From the NCBI RefSeq assembly GCF_040513095.1, contig NZ_JBEVDX010000035.1:13768-77767 (forward strand): a stretch of DNA of 64,000 nucleotides. The letters run 5' to 3'. Origin of the DNA: Pedobacter sp. (GTDB taxonomy: Bacteria > Bacteroidota > Bacteroidia > Sphingobacteriales > Sphingobacteriaceae). Both the position numbers and the translations under genes were made by a program. Below, in pieces: positions 48,968 to 58,856 of this stretch; position 1 is the stretch's first letter, and the number at the start of each line of letters is the position of its first letter. Below the pieces are notes generated by a model, which worked only from the letters and a program-made list of their open reading frames with translations, was not told the origin of the DNA and ran no database searches.

Positions 48968-49093
48968 TTATTCTTTAGGCTGATAGACAATATTTCTAAC
49001 TACAAGGAACACCACAAAGAGGGCAAGCAGCACGATCATAATTTCGGGGGTGCCGACATTTACGCCGCCTACCATAAAAAGGAATATACTCAT
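48968..49093 (-). CDS. Small single-TM protein, hypothetical (41 aa from the internal ATG)
   Basis: MSIFLFMVGGVNVGTPEIMIVLLALFVVFLVVRNIVYQPKE contains one clear TM helix. The start is uncertain. Confidence 0.35.
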   Translation of the reverse strand: MSIFLFMVGGVNVGTPEIMIVLLALFVVFLVVRNIVYQPKE

Positions 49094-49239
49094 AGGTTTT
49101 TGTTTTTTGCGGGCAGATGAAGCCCTTTGGAGCTGAATATATCGATTTAATAAGAAAGCCACTGTTATATTTTAATCTTTAACCAAACAATACGGGCTTT
49201 CATTCCTTTTTACAGTATAGATTTCTAAAGAAGTAAATT

Positions 49240-49656
49240 ATGGACAGATTAGTAATAGAATCAATATTAGCCGATGTTGATGAAATATATTTATCAAATG
49301 ACAGTGAAAAGCCGGAGTTAAACCCTTCAATTATACTGGGGTTTAAGGCGGGCAATGCTGATCAGATCATCAATGCATTTGATGCTTTGAAGAGCGTAAC
49401 ACATGAAAAAAATGTGGAGCTGATCATTTGCAGAACACTGGTTTCGGGTATATACGATCTTGAAATCAAAACAGAGGCCCTGGATGAGCCGGTAAGGATT
49501 CTGAATAAAGTGATTTCTGCCGAGCTGCTGGCAAAAATAGAAGATCAGCTGCACCAAAGCAAAAAGATCGTCCTGGGTACCAACGTATCCGAAGAAGAAA
49601 ACTGGATCGTGGTAAACCAGGCCCAGGTAAAAGAATGCGCAGTGAAGGAGAACTAA
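49240..49656 (+). CDS. Hypothetical protein with no recognised domain
   Basis: 138-aa acidic ORF, followed by a hairpin at 49667-49695. Confidence 0.5.
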   Translation: MDRLVIESILADVDEIYLSNDSEKPELNPSIILGFKAGNADQIINAFDALKSVTHEKNVELIICRTLVSGIYDLEIKTEALDEPVRILNKVISAELLAKIEDQLHQSKKIVLGTNVSEEENWIVVNQAQVKECAVKEN

Positions 49657-49666
49657 GAGATAAAAT

Positions 49667-49695
49667 GCAGGGTTTGATAACTTATCAGGCCCTGC
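49667..49695 (+). terminator. Hairpin with a weak T tract
   Basis: The arms GCAGGG-TT-TGATAA and TTATCA-GG-CCCTGC pair around a single C. Confidence 0.45.
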
Positions 49696-49721
49696 TCATT
49701 TGGTCGGCAGATGTTATTGCA

Positions 49722-49744
49722 TAAAAAAAGCCCCAACGGAGCTT
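49722..49744 (-). terminator. Intrinsic terminator for the PUR-like gene
   Basis: The minus strand reads AGCTCC-GTT-GGGGCT followed by T7. Confidence 0.65.
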
Positions 49745-49763
49745 CTGAATGGATTTTGCATCT

Positions 49764-50090
49764 CTAAAAAGAGAAATCATCGTTGTGGCCTTTACCACTT
49801 CCCTCATGATTTTCAGAATATTCGTAGCGCTTTTCAACTACATCCTGATGCGTTTTGATATAATCCACAGTTTCGTTTAAACCTTCAGCAAACTTTTCAA
49901 AGTCCTCTTTATACAGGAAGATTTTATGTTTTACAAATACACCGTCTTCCAGTCTTTTCTTGCTTTCAGTGAGGGTTAAATAGTAGTCGCCTGAACGAGT
50001 AGCTTTAACGTCGAAAAAATATGTTCTTTTACCGGCCCTTACTTTTTTAGAAAAAACCTCTTCTCTCTCTTTGTTGTCAAATTCTCCCAT
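49764..50090 (-). CDS. DUF3276 (bacterial PUR-alpha-like ssDNA/RNA-binding) protein
   Basis: 108 aa. RAGKRTYFFDVKATRSGDYYLTLTESKKR is the hallmark PUR-repeat-like segment. Confidence 0.8.
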   Translation of the reverse strand: MGEFDNKEREEVFSKKVRAGKRTYFFDVKATRSGDYYLTLTESKKRLEDGVFVKHKIFLYKEDFEKFAEGLNETVDYIKTHQDVVEKRYEYSENHEGSGKGHNDDFSF

Positions 50091-50159
50091 GTTTGGTATT
50101 ACTGTTGGTTTTGGTTCGGGTAAATATAAACTATTAATCAGTAAAGATCAAAATAGAAA

Positions 50160-51950
50160 TTAAAGAGATTTATTTTCTTCTTCCAATAACTGGTTCAGAA
50201 ACATTTCTTCATAGATACCATGGAGCTGAATCAATTCGTCATGAGTACCCTGTTCTGCGATCCTGCCTTCTTCGAGTACGATAATTTTATCAGCTTTTTT
50301 GATGGTGGAAATCCTGTGCGCGATCAATATGCTCGTCTTTCCTTTCATGACATTTCCGAGGTTGTTCAGGATTTCTTCTTCCGTTCTGGTATCTACGGCC
50401 GAGAGGCAGTCATCGAAGATCAGGATTTTGGGTTCCTTAATCAGTGCCCTGGCAATGGATACCCGCTGTTTCTGCCCGCCTGAAAGTGTGATACCCCTTT
50501 CACCCAGCATCGTGTCAAACTGCAGTTCAAAGTCCATGATGTTATGGTATACCGCTGCATTTCTGGCCGCAGTTTCGATTTCATCATTGCTCACCTTATC
50601 CAAACCAAATGCAATATTGTTCCGGATGTTATCTGAAAAGAGAAAAACTTCCTGTGGCACAAAACCTACCTGGTTCCTGAATGAATTCAGGTTGATCTGC
50701 GGGAGCGGCTGTCCGTCAATAGAAATCTGGCCCGAATCGGCATCGTACATCCGCATAATCAGATTTGCCAGTGTGGATTTTCCTGATCCTGTCCGTCCAA
50801 TGACAGCTACAAACTGTCCTGCTTCAATCGTAAAAGATATATCTTTCAGCGCCTCAATACCGGTATCCTGATAACTGAAGTTCACATTTTCAAAAGTGAT
50901 ATTGCCGCTAAGTTCTCCGGGGGCATTGTTGCCCGATAGGATATCCGGCTGAAGTTCGAGAAATTCGTTGATCCTTTTCTGGGATGCTGCCGCCCGCTGG
51001 ATCAATGTGGTTACCCAGCCCAGCATAGTCACCGGGAAAGTAAGCTGATTCACATAGACGATAAACTCTGCGATATTACCTGCAGTGATAGAACCGTCCA
51101 GTACCTGCTCTCCACCGATATATACGGTAAGGATTGTACTTAAGCCCACAAGTAACAGCATGGTAGGATAGAATAGTGCCTGTACGCGGACAAGGCTCAT
51201 TGCATTGGTTTTGTATCCGTCACTTTCTCCGGCAAATATCTGGCGGGTATAATCTTCACGTACATAAGATTTGATTACCCTGATCCCTGAAAAACGTTCC
51301 TGCACAAAGCTGGACAGGCGGGAAAGCTGTTCCTGGATCTGCTCGCTCTTGTGGTTGATCTGTGTGTTTACATAATAGATAATAATGACAAGCACCGGCA
51401 GGGGCAGCAGACAGAACGTAGCGAGCCGGGGATTGACAGAATACATGGAAGTAACAATCAATATAAATAAGACTAACGTATTGATGGCATACATGATCGC
51501 CGGGCCTACATACATCCTTACCCTGTTAACATCTTCGGTAGCCCTGTTCATCAGGTCGCCCGTATTGTTTCTGCGGTAAAAACCAAGGCTCAGTTCCTGG
51601 TAATGCGCATAAATCTCATTCTTCATGTCGTACTCAATGTGCCTGGACATCAGGATAAGTGTCTGCCGCATGAAAAAAAGGAATAAACCACGTACCAGAT
51701 AAAGCAGCAGCACCAGCGTACCAAAGTAAAACAGGCTGTAGCTGAAAATATCATAAATGAGCTGCTGTCTTTCAAAACCATTGAACAGGCCATAGATCTG
51801 GATGTTCTCCGTGATGAGGTTAAAGGCATGCCCGATAACCTGTGCAGGAATGACCCCGAATATGTTGGAAATGATGACAAAAAACACCCCTGGCACGATC
51901 CACCATTTATATTTATAGAAGTATTTATTGAGAAAAAGAAGGTGCTTCAT
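50160..51950 (-). CDS. ABC transporter, fused permease/ATPase (MsbA-like exporter)
   Basis: 6 TM helices plus Walker A GRTGSGKST, the signature LSGGQKQR and Walker B ILIFDD. Confidence 0.92.
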   Translation of the reverse strand: MKHLLFLNKYFYKYKWWIVPGVFFVIISNIFGVIPAQVIGHAFNLITENIQIYGLFNGFERQQLIYDIFSYSLFYFGTLVLLLYLVRGLFLFFMRQTLILMSRHIEYDMKNEIYAHYQELSLGFYRRNNTGDLMNRATEDVNRVRMYVGPAIMYAINTLVLFILIVTSMYSVNPRLATFCLLPLPVLVIIIYYVNTQINHKSEQIQEQLSRLSSFVQERFSGIRVIKSYVREDYTRQIFAGESDGYKTNAMSLVRVQALFYPTMLLLVGLSTILTVYIGGEQVLDGSITAGNIAEFIVYVNQLTFPVTMLGWVTTLIQRAAASQKRINEFLELQPDILSGNNAPGELSGNITFENVNFSYQDTGIEALKDISFTIEAGQFVAVIGRTGSGKSTLANLIMRMYDADSGQISIDGQPLPQINLNSFRNQVGFVPQEVFLFSDNIRNNIAFGLDKVSNDEIETAARNAAVYHNIMDFELQFDTMLGERGITLSGGQKQRVSIARALIKEPKILIFDDCLSAVDTRTEEEILNNLGNVMKGKTSILIAHRISTIKKADKIIVLEEGRIAEQGTHDELIQLHGIYEEMFLNQLLEEENKSL

Positions 51951-52029
51951 GGTGGGGTAAAGTTAGCCAATTGAGGAGGATTTTTTAAAACTGTTTAGTT
52001 AAAACAATGTAATTAAACTTTTTTATCCT

Positions 52030-52037
52030 TAGTTTTG
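52030..52037 (+). promoter_or_regulatory. TAnnTTTG -7 motif (TAGTTTTG)
   Basis: Exact motif 26 nt upstream of the dehydrogenase ATG. Confidence 0.4.
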
Positions 52038-52062
52038 CAGACTGTTTGATAAACGAAATCAT

Positions 52063-53151
52063 ATGTCTGCTAAGAGTTCTGTGGTTACCTCAATTTTAGA
52101 TCAGTTAAGCGCATTAGGGCATAAAAAAGTGGTCTATTGCAGCGATCCTGATACAGGTTTGAAGGCTATTATAGCTGTACATGATACTACGCTCGGCCCT
52201 GCTTTGGGCGGTACCCGCATGTGGAATTACGCAACAGAAACAGAAGCACTTGAAGATGTGCTGCGCTTATCCAGAAGCATGACCTACAAAGCAGCGATCA
52301 CAGGCTTAAACCTGGGTGGCGGCAAGGCCGTAATCATTGGCGATTCAAGAAAAGGAAAGTCGGAGGCAATGATGCGCAGTTTCGGACGTTTTATTAAAAA
52401 TCTTAACGGTGAGTTTATCACTGCTGAAGATGTAGGTACAACGACGAGGGATATGGAATATATCAGCATGGAAACTACGCATGTAACCGGGGTTCCGGAG
52501 TCAATTGGCGGTATGGGCGATCCATCCCCGACTACGGCAAAAGGTATATTCCTGGGAATGAAAGCATGCGTAAAAGAGGTCTTTGGTACAGATACGCTTG
52601 CTGGCCGGTCTGTAGTAGTGCAGGGGATAGGCAATGCAGGTGAACACCTGGTGGAATTACTGAGACAGGAAAATGTGGAGGTATTTATCAGTGATATCAA
52701 CGAGGAGCGTCTGCATCAGGTGGCACGCAAGTACAAGGCGAAACCTGTGGATGCAGATAAGATCTTCGGACTGGATGTGGACATTTATGCTCCATGTGCT
52801 TTAGGTGCCACGGTGAATGACAAAACTATACCCAAAATGAAGTTTGCCATCATTGCGGGCTCTGCCAATAACCAGCTGGCAGACGAGCAGGTTCATGGTC
52901 AGCTCCTGCTGGAGAAGAACATTTTGTTTGCTCCTGACTACCTGATCAATGCCGGCGGACTGATCAACTGTTACTCTGAACTGACGGGCTACGGAAAAAA
53001 ACGTACCATGCAGCTCACGGAAAATATTTATGACGCTACACGCAATGTAATCAGGATGTCCAAATCAGATAATATACCTACCATCCTGGCGGCAAACAGG
53101 ATCGTTGAAAAAAGAATAAGCGATATAAAGAAAATAAAATCATCATTTTAA
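52063..53151 (+). CDS. Leu/Phe/Val dehydrogenase family amino-acid dehydrogenase
   Basis: 362 aa with GPALGGTRMW, GGGKAVI and GIGNAG (NAD Rossmann motif). Confidence 0.88.
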   Translation: MSAKSSVVTSILDQLSALGHKKVVYCSDPDTGLKAIIAVHDTTLGPALGGTRMWNYATETEALEDVLRLSRSMTYKAAITGLNLGGGKAVIIGDSRKGKSEAMMRSFGRFIKNLNGEFITAEDVGTTTRDMEYISMETTHVTGVPESIGGMGDPSPTTAKGIFLGMKACVKEVFGTDTLAGRSVVVQGIGNAGEHLVELLRQENVEVFISDINEERLHQVARKYKAKPVDADKIFGLDVDIYAPCALGATVNDKTIPKMKFAIIAGSANNQLADEQVHGQLLLEKNILFAPDYLINAGGLINCYSELTGYGKKRTMQLTENIYDATRNVIRMSKSDNIPTILAANRIVEKRISDIKKIKSSF

Positions 53152-53184
53152 TAACCGGTAAATTACCAACTCGTTCTTACATTC

Positions 53185-54135
53185 ATGTTAAATAGAAGGC
53201 ACTTAAGAATTAAAGCTCTGCAAAACATTTTTGCATGGCAAATGACTGAAAAAAAGGATCTCAATTCTGCGAAGAAAGAATTGCTGCTCAGTATTGATAA
53301 TGTATACGAAATGTATGTCAGGATGCTGGCACTGCTTTCGGAGATTACCGAATATACTGAGATCGATGCGATCGAAAGAGCAAACAAGCACTTTCCGACG
53401 GCGGACGACCTGAATCCAAACAAGAAACTACTGACCAACAGGTTTATCGTCCTGCTGCAGCAGAACCCCGAGTTCAAAGCGGCTGTAAACAAATACCAGA
53501 TCAACTGGCATGCCGATCCTGAGTTTATCAAAACTATCTACAACAAACTGAAATCCACTCCGGAGTACACCGCTTATCTGAATGATGCAGATGACAGTCT
53601 GGAGGGATCAAAAGAGATCATTAAATTTATTTTCAGGAAGATCATTCTGAAAAGCCAGAACATTATCCAGGCTTTTGAAGATAAGTTTATCAACTGGTCG
53701 GTAGATAAGGAAGTAATGCAGGGAATGGTAGCGAAAACGCTGAAAAACTTTACCTCGGAAGATCCATTTAAAAACAAGCTGACACCTATCAGTGCCGACT
53801 GGAAAGAGGATGGCAAGTTTGTGGAAGATCTGTTTGTATATACGCTGAAAAACAACAATGAGTACCAGGCGCTGATCGCAGAACGTACCAAGAACTGGGA
53901 GTCTGAAAGGATTGCCCTGATGGATACCATCCTGATGAAAATGGCCATCTGCGAACTGATGAATTTCCCCTCGATCCCTGTGAAAGTAACTATAAACGAA
54001 TACCTTGACCTGTCCAAAGATTACAGTACACCGAAAAGTAATTCGTTTATTAACGGTATATTGGACAAAATTTTGAGCGACCTGAAACGTACAAACAGTA
54101 TCAAAAAAGTAGGCCGCGGATTAATAGAAGAATAA
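53185..54135 (+). CDS. nusB: Transcription antitermination factor NusB (long Bacteroidota form)
   Basis: N-terminus RRHLRIKALQ and the C-terminal NusB core (INEYLDLSKDYSTPKSNSFINGILDK). Confidence 0.85.
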   Translation: MLNRRHLRIKALQNIFAWQMTEKKDLNSAKKELLLSIDNVYEMYVRMLALLSEITEYTEIDAIERANKHFPTADDLNPNKKLLTNRFIVLLQQNPEFKAAVNKYQINWHADPEFIKTIYNKLKSTPEYTAYLNDADDSLEGSKEIIKFIFRKIILKSQNIIQAFEDKFINWSVDKEVMQGMVAKTLKNFTSEDPFKNKLTPISADWKEDGKFVEDLFVYTLKNNNEYQALIAERTKNWESERIALMDTILMKMAICELMNFPSIPVKVTINEYLDLSKDYSTPKSNSFINGILDKILSDLKRTNSIKKVGRGLIEE

Positions 54136-54136
54136 T

Positions 54137-54583
54137 ATGAAGAAATTTTTTGTACTGGCCCTGGCTGCGGCATCGTTTACGGCCTGCCAGCAATCAAAAT
54201 CATCAGTAGGTGCTGACAGCACGGTTACAACAACCAGGACTGTTGTTGCGCCGGAAAACGCCCCGGTCATCAGCTTTGAAAGCGGGATGTATAACTTTGG
54301 TAAAATCAGCCAGGGTGAAAAGGTAAACCACGAGTTTAAGTTTAAAAACACAGGAAAAAGTCCGCTCATCATTGCCAATGCCACGGCTACCTGTGGCTGT
54401 ACTACGCCTGATATTCCTAAGGCACCGATTAAGCCCGGCGATTCTGGAGTGATCAAGGTCGTTTTTAACAGTACAGGTAAAATGGGTATGCAGGACAAAA
54501 TTGTAACCATTACCTCCAATGCCAACCCGGAAACCACAGAGGTGCACCTGATTGGTGAGGTACAGGAAATACCTGCTAAATAA
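54137..54583 (+). CDS. DUF1573 domain lipoprotein
   Basis: Lipobox FTAC and FKFKNTGKSPLII...CGCTTP, typical of DUF1573. Confidence 0.8.
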   Translation: MKKFFVLALAAASFTACQQSKSSVGADSTVTTTRTVVAPENAPVISFESGMYNFGKISQGEKVNHEFKFKNTGKSPLIIANATATCGCTTPDIPKAPIKPGDSGVIKVVFNSTGKMGMQDKIVTITSNANPETTEVHLIGEVQEIPAK

Positions 54584-54608
54584 TTAATAATAACACACAC
54601 AAACAAAT

Positions 54609-54929
54609 ATGACATCTACAGTAATTTTACAAGCAGCCGGCGGAAGCAGTATGTTGAGTACATTGGTTCCAATGGTGCTGATCATGGTAGTTTTTTACTT
54701 CTTCATGATCAGGCCACAGGTTAAAAAAGCAAAAGATCACAAGAAATTGGTTGCCGACCTGAAAAAAGGGGATAAGATCGTTACTACTGCTGGTATCCAC
54801 GGTAAGATTGTTGACATGAACGAGCTGACTTTCCTGATTGAAGTTGAAGGCGGTACAAAGATCCGTTTCGATAAAAGTGCAATTTCTCTGGATGCCACAA
54901 AAGCAACTACAGAACTGCCTAAAGCGTAA
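54609..54929 (+). CDS. yajC: Preprotein translocase subunit YajC
   Basis: 106 aa with FYFFMIRPQ.KK and GD.IVTTAGIHGKI. Confidence 0.9.
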   Translation: MTSTVILQAAGGSSMLSTLVPMVLIMVVFYFFMIRPQVKKAKDHKKLVADLKKGDKIVTTAGIHGKIVDMNELTFLIEVEGGTKIRFDKSAISLDATKATTELPKA

Positions 54930-54947
54930 TGTATTAATTTACACCTG

Positions 54948-54979
54948 AAGCCGCTCCTTTCCCTGGTGCGGCTTTTTTG
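54948..54979 (+). terminator. Intrinsic terminator after yajC
   Basis: AAGCCGC...GCGGCTT hairpin followed by T6. Confidence 0.7.
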
Positions 54980-55007
54980 TTTTATTAAATTTGTTTACTT
55001 TACAGCC

Positions 55008-55958
55008 ATGCCTTTTATAAGACTTACAAAGATAGAGCGAAAGCGCGTTTTGGTATTGATCACCTGCGTATTGCTGGCGATCGCAGGATGGCTGTTCCTG
55101 GCATTGAACAACAAATACGTTTATACCGCCAAAACTGTACTGGTATACAAGAACTTCCCCCAAAAAAAAGCATTTCACCCGCTGCAGTCAGATACCGTAG
55201 ATCTCCTTGTTGAAGGAACCGGATGGCAGCTCCTCTTTGCCAGGCTCCGCGTCAGTCCCCCATCCATAAATATCAGCCTCGATAAACTGAACAACAGAAA
55301 TTACATCCTCTTTTCAGAACAGTTATACAGTGTGAACAGTCAGCTGGAAACTTCGCAGAAAATCATATCAGTCCGTCCGGATACACTCTATTTCGATTTC
55401 TCTAAAAGAACCGTAAAAAGGGTTCCCGTAAAGCTGGTTTCCAGTTTAACTTTTGCCAGGCAGTTTGGTATCTCTGATGATATAGAATTTACACCGGATT
55501 ATGTCACCGTATCCGGGCCGCAGGAAGAGCTGGAGAAGATCAGGGAATGGAAAACTGACACTTTGAAAATGCGTGATGTTCAGCGGGCTTCTGTTGCCCG
55601 GGTAGCGATGCGGCCCAACCTGCAGAAAAACGTCAATATCTTTCCCTCTACCATAGAGGTGAAGCTGCCGGTAGATGAGTTCACAGAGAAAACACTGGAG
55701 ATACCGCTGAAGATTTTAAATAATACAGAATACTACAATGTGAAGCTTTATCCCAAAAAGGTCAAGATCACTTTTATGGTGGCACTATCCAGTTACCAGC
55801 AGGTGAACGAAGATTTTATTGAAGCATCGGTTGATCTCAACGAATGGAAATTACAGAAACACCATCAGCTCAGTATCAAACTGACCCGTTTCCCTGATTA
55901 TTGCAAAAAGGTAAAACTGGTTCCGGAGAAGGTCGACTTTATAATTGAAAAGCAATGA
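55008..55958 (+). CDS. YbbR-like domain protein
   Basis: N-terminal TM helix plus repeated YbbR-like beta domains. Start placed at the ATG at 55008, because the track start at 54966 lies inside the yajC terminator. Confidence 0.72.
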   Translation: MPFIRLTKIERKRVLVLITCVLLAIAGWLFLALNNKYVYTAKTVLVYKNFPQKKAFHPLQSDTVDLLVEGTGWQLLFARLRVSPPSINISLDKLNNRNYILFSEQLYSVNSQLETSQKIISVRPDTLYFDFSKRTVKRVPVKLVSSLTFARQFGISDDIEFTPDYVTVSGPQEELEKIREWKTDTLKMRDVQRASVARVAMRPNLQKNVNIFPSTIEVKLPVDEFTEKTLEIPLKILNNTEYYNVKLYPKKVKITFMVALSSYQQVNEDFIEASVDLNEWKLQKHHQLSIKLTRFPDYCKKVKLVPEKVDFIIEKQ

Positions 55959-56551
55959 TGAAGATTGGTATTACTGGTGGTATAGGTAGCGGAAAAAGTA
56001 CTGTCTGCAGGATATTTGAGCATTTGGGAATTCCTGTTTTTTATGCTGACACCGTAGCAAAAGAAATCATGGTGAGCGATCCGCTGCTCATTGCCGGGCT
56101 GAAAGCGGCCTTTGGAGAGGAGAGTTATGACCAGGCCGGCAGGCTCAATAATAAACATATAGCCAGGATAGTTTTCAATAACAATACTGAACTTGCTAAA
56201 CTCAACGCATTGGTTCATCCCGCTGTTTTCAGGGCTTTTGACAGCTGGCTGGCGCGCGTTTCCGGCAATGCCCCATATATCCTGAAAGAAGCTGCGTTAT
56301 TGTTTGAGAGTGGTTCTTATAAATCCTGTGATCATAATATAGTAGTTACTGCAGCTGTCGCTGCCCGTTTGAAATGGGTAATGCAAAGGGACGGCTCAAC
56401 TGAAGAACAGGTGAGGGCAAGGATGAACAAACAACTGACCGACGAAGAAAAAGTGAAAATGGCAGATTTCCTGATCAGGAACGACGAAAGTCAGTCGCTG
56501 ATACTGCAAGTCATGGAACTGCACAATCGATTTACAAAAATTACAGAATAG
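55955..56551 (+). CDS. coaE: Dephospho-CoA kinase
   Basis: P-loop GITGGIGSGKST; 198 aa. Confidence 0.92.
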   Translation: MMKIGITGGIGSGKSTVCRIFEHLGIPVFYADTVAKEIMVSDPLLIAGLKAAFGEESYDQAGRLNNKHIARIVFNNNTELAKLNALVHPAVFRAFDSWLARVSGNAPYILKEAALLFESGSYKSCDHNIVVTAAVAARLKWVMQRDGSTEEQVRARMNKQLTDEEKVKMADFLIRNDESQSLILQVMELHNRFTKITE

Positions 56552-57493
56552 ATGATATTAGATGATTTCCTGGTGCCAACTAAAATTGGGCTGTTTTGCG
56601 CATATGGCAGTTTTTACCTGGATCCAAAGGAAATAGTGAAGGATGCTGTGGTCTCACATGCACACGGAGACCATGCCGTAAGTGGTAATATTAATGTGTA
56701 TTGCACAGAGGCAACCTCTTTGTTTATGAAACAGCGCTACAAGAAGTTCGCCGCCGGCGAATTTCATGTGCATGCTTTCCATCAACCTTTTGTGCTGAAT
56801 GGGGTGACGATCAGTTTTGTACCTGCCGGGCATATGCTTGGCTCCGCCCTGGTACTTATGGAATATAAGGGAGTAAGGTACCTGTATACCGGTGATTATA
56901 AACTGCAGCCTGATGATACCTGCGAACCGATAGAGTTTGTACAGGCCGATGTGCTGATTACGGAAACAACTTTTGCCAATCCCGATACCAGCCACCCCGA
57001 CGCGGAAGACGAAATCCGCAAACTGAACTCAACACAAAGCAATATTATGCTGGGAGCTTATGCACTGGGCAAGAGCCAGCGCCTGATCCGCCTGATCAGT
57101 GACCATTGTCCGGAAAAAAGGATACTTGTACACCATAGTATACTGCCTTTCGTTAAGGTATATGAGTCGCTGGGGATCAATATGGGGAAATATGAGGTAT
57201 ATGACCGTAAAGTCATGAAAAACAATTTAACAAACATGATTTATCTTGTTCCCCCATTGGTTTACCGGAGCTATATCAAGGCTGTAAATGTAATCAGGGT
57301 TTTTGCAACGGGTTGGAAACATTTACAAAACAATAATGAATTACAATTGTATATATCTGATCATGTTGACTGGAAAGATATTATTTTAACCATTGAACGG
57401 GTAAACCCCACACAGGTATGGACTACCCACGGGAGCGGGATTCAATTGAAGGAATATTTTCAAAACAATTTGGATGTTAAATTGCTTAACTGA
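56552..57493 (+). CDS. MBL-fold metallo-hydrolase (exonuclease-like)
   Basis: HAHGDH motif and beta-lactamase-fold pattern. No DNA ligase neighbour, so no more specific call is made. Confidence 0.7.
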   Translation: MILDDFLVPTKIGLFCAYGSFYLDPKEIVKDAVVSHAHGDHAVSGNINVYCTEATSLFMKQRYKKFAAGEFHVHAFHQPFVLNGVTISFVPAGHMLGSALVLMEYKGVRYLYTGDYKLQPDDTCEPIEFVQADVLITETTFANPDTSHPDAEDEIRKLNSTQSNIMLGAYALGKSQRLIRLISDHCPEKRILVHHSILPFVKVYESLGINMGKYEVYDRKVMKNNLTNMIYLVPPLVYRSYIKAVNVIRVFATGWKHLQNNNELQLYISDHVDWKDIILTIERVNPTQVWTTHGSGIQLKEYFQNNLDVKLLN

Positions 57494-57654
57494 TGAAAAA
57501 AAATGCCGACTACTACTTCAATGAGGCTGGAATGATGGTGTTTACAGAAATATTTCACCTTAAAAGGGGATATTGCTGTAAGAACAAATGCCTACATTGC
57601 CCCTGGAAATATGGTAAGGTAAAAAATAACGATAGTCAGAAGAAAAGTAATTGA
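57493..57654 (+). CDS. DUF5522-like small Cys-rich protein (53 aa; absent from the ORF track)
   Basis: Hand translation: MKKNADYYFNEAGMMVFTEIFHLKRGYCCKNKCLHCPWKYGKVKNNDSQKKSN. The motif RGYCC..KC.HCP is as I remember for DUF5522. ATGA overlap with the upstream stop. Confidence 0.6.
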   Translation: MKKNADYYFNEAGMMVFTEIFHLKRGYCCKNKCLHCPWKYGKVKNNDSQKKSN

Positions 57655-57676
57655 TAACCATTAGATAACTTACGTA

Positions 57677-58126
57677 ATGTTGAAAGAAACCAAAGCTCCC
57701 CGTTTTGAAAGCGCTTATCATGAGGCAATTGTGAACGTGTCCTACACACATAACTGGTGTAACGATAAAGTTAAGCAAGCTGTGTCGCCATACGATATTA
57801 CCTCTCAGCAGTTTAATGTTTTAAGGATCCTCCGCGGTCAGTTCCCCAATCCGTCAACTATCAACTTTGTTAAGTCAAGGATGCTTGATAAGATGTGTGA
57901 CGCCTCAAGGATTGTTGACCGCCTGGTGCATAAAGATCTGGTCATAAAAAATGTCAGTAATTATGATAAAAGGGCGGTAGATATCCTTATCAATGATAAA
58001 GGACTGAACCTGTTAAAGAAAATAGATGGAGAGGTAAGCCTGTCGGGCATTCTTTCGCCGAACATCTCGGAGGAAGAAGCAGAACAGCTGATCGCACTGC
58101 TGGATAAAGCGAGGGGGAAATTCTGA
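57677..58126 (+). CDS. MarR family transcriptional regulator
   Basis: 149 aa with a winged HTH (ITSQQFNVLRIL...DRLVHKDLV...DKRAV). Confidence 0.85.
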   Translation: MLKETKAPRFESAYHEAIVNVSYTHNWCNDKVKQAVSPYDITSQQFNVLRILRGQFPNPSTINFVKSRMLDKMCDASRIVDRLVHKDLVIKNVSNYDKRAVDILINDKGLNLLKKIDGEVSLSGILSPNISEEEAEQLIALLDKARGKF

Positions 58127-58136
58127 TTTCCCTCTT

Positions 58137-58856
58137 TTAATGCCCGCCAAGGTAAAAACCAATCAGTGCAATGCTGATCCCCAGCAGGACAGCAATCATC
58201 TTTCTTTTTGAGACTTTATGGTCCACACTCGATTCAAAAAGGATGGTAGTGGAGATATGGAGGAATATTCCAATGACTATACCCATCATTTTATTGAAGT
58301 ATAGTTCTATGCCGCCAATACTTCCGTTGCTGATGCCATAGCTCAGTAAAAAGCCCATGGGAGCCATCATGGCAAAAATCAGCAGGTAGAATGCAATCCC
58401 CTTAAATTTAAAATTATTTTGCATCAGGATGCTCGATAAGGCAAAGGCTGCGGGGATATGATGCAGGGAAATTCCAAAGATCAGGGCGTTGTGCTGATCT
58501 GCCGCCAGTGGCATACCTTCAAGAAATGCGTGCAGGCATAAACTGATCATAATCCCGTAAGGAAAGGTATGTCCTTCGCCATGTTTGTGGATATGCCCGT
58601 GTTCAACACCTTCAGAAAACTGCTCCAGAAAAATCTGCAGCAGGAATCCGATCAGGATATAAATACCAATCTCTGCATGATCCGGCCCGCTGTAAGCCTC
58701 GGGTATAAGGTGCAATACAGTGATGGCAAACAAATATGCACCACTGAAAGAAAGGATGAGCTTCAGCAGCTGAGACTTATCGCTTTTAACCAAAAATATC
58801 GACAGCCCTCCCAGAAAAGCACAGAAGAAAAGTACAAGGAGTTTCCAGATTTCCAT
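58137..58856 (-). CDS. ZIP family metal (zinc) transporter
   Basis: 239 aa with 7-8 TM helices, a His-rich loop (HGHIHKHGEGH) and HAFLEG/HHIP motifs. Confidence 0.85.
   Translation of the reverse strand: MEIWKLLVLFFCAFLGGLSIFLVKSDKSQLLKLILSFSGAYLFAITVLHLIPEAYSGPDHAEIGIYILIGFLLQIFLEQFSEGVEHGHIHKHGEGHTFPYGIMISLCLHAFLEGMPLAADQHNALIFGISLHHIPAAFALSSILMQNNFKFKGIAFYLLIFAMMAPMGFLLSYGISNGSIGGIELYFNKMMGIVIGIFLHISTTILFESSVDHKVSKRKMIAVLLGISIALIGFYLGGH

Noticed and set aside
57670-57677. The TTACGTAA palindrome at the MarR start codon as a possible operator.
   Set aside because: It is only 8 bp, occurs once and overlaps the ATG. That is too short to distinguish from chance.
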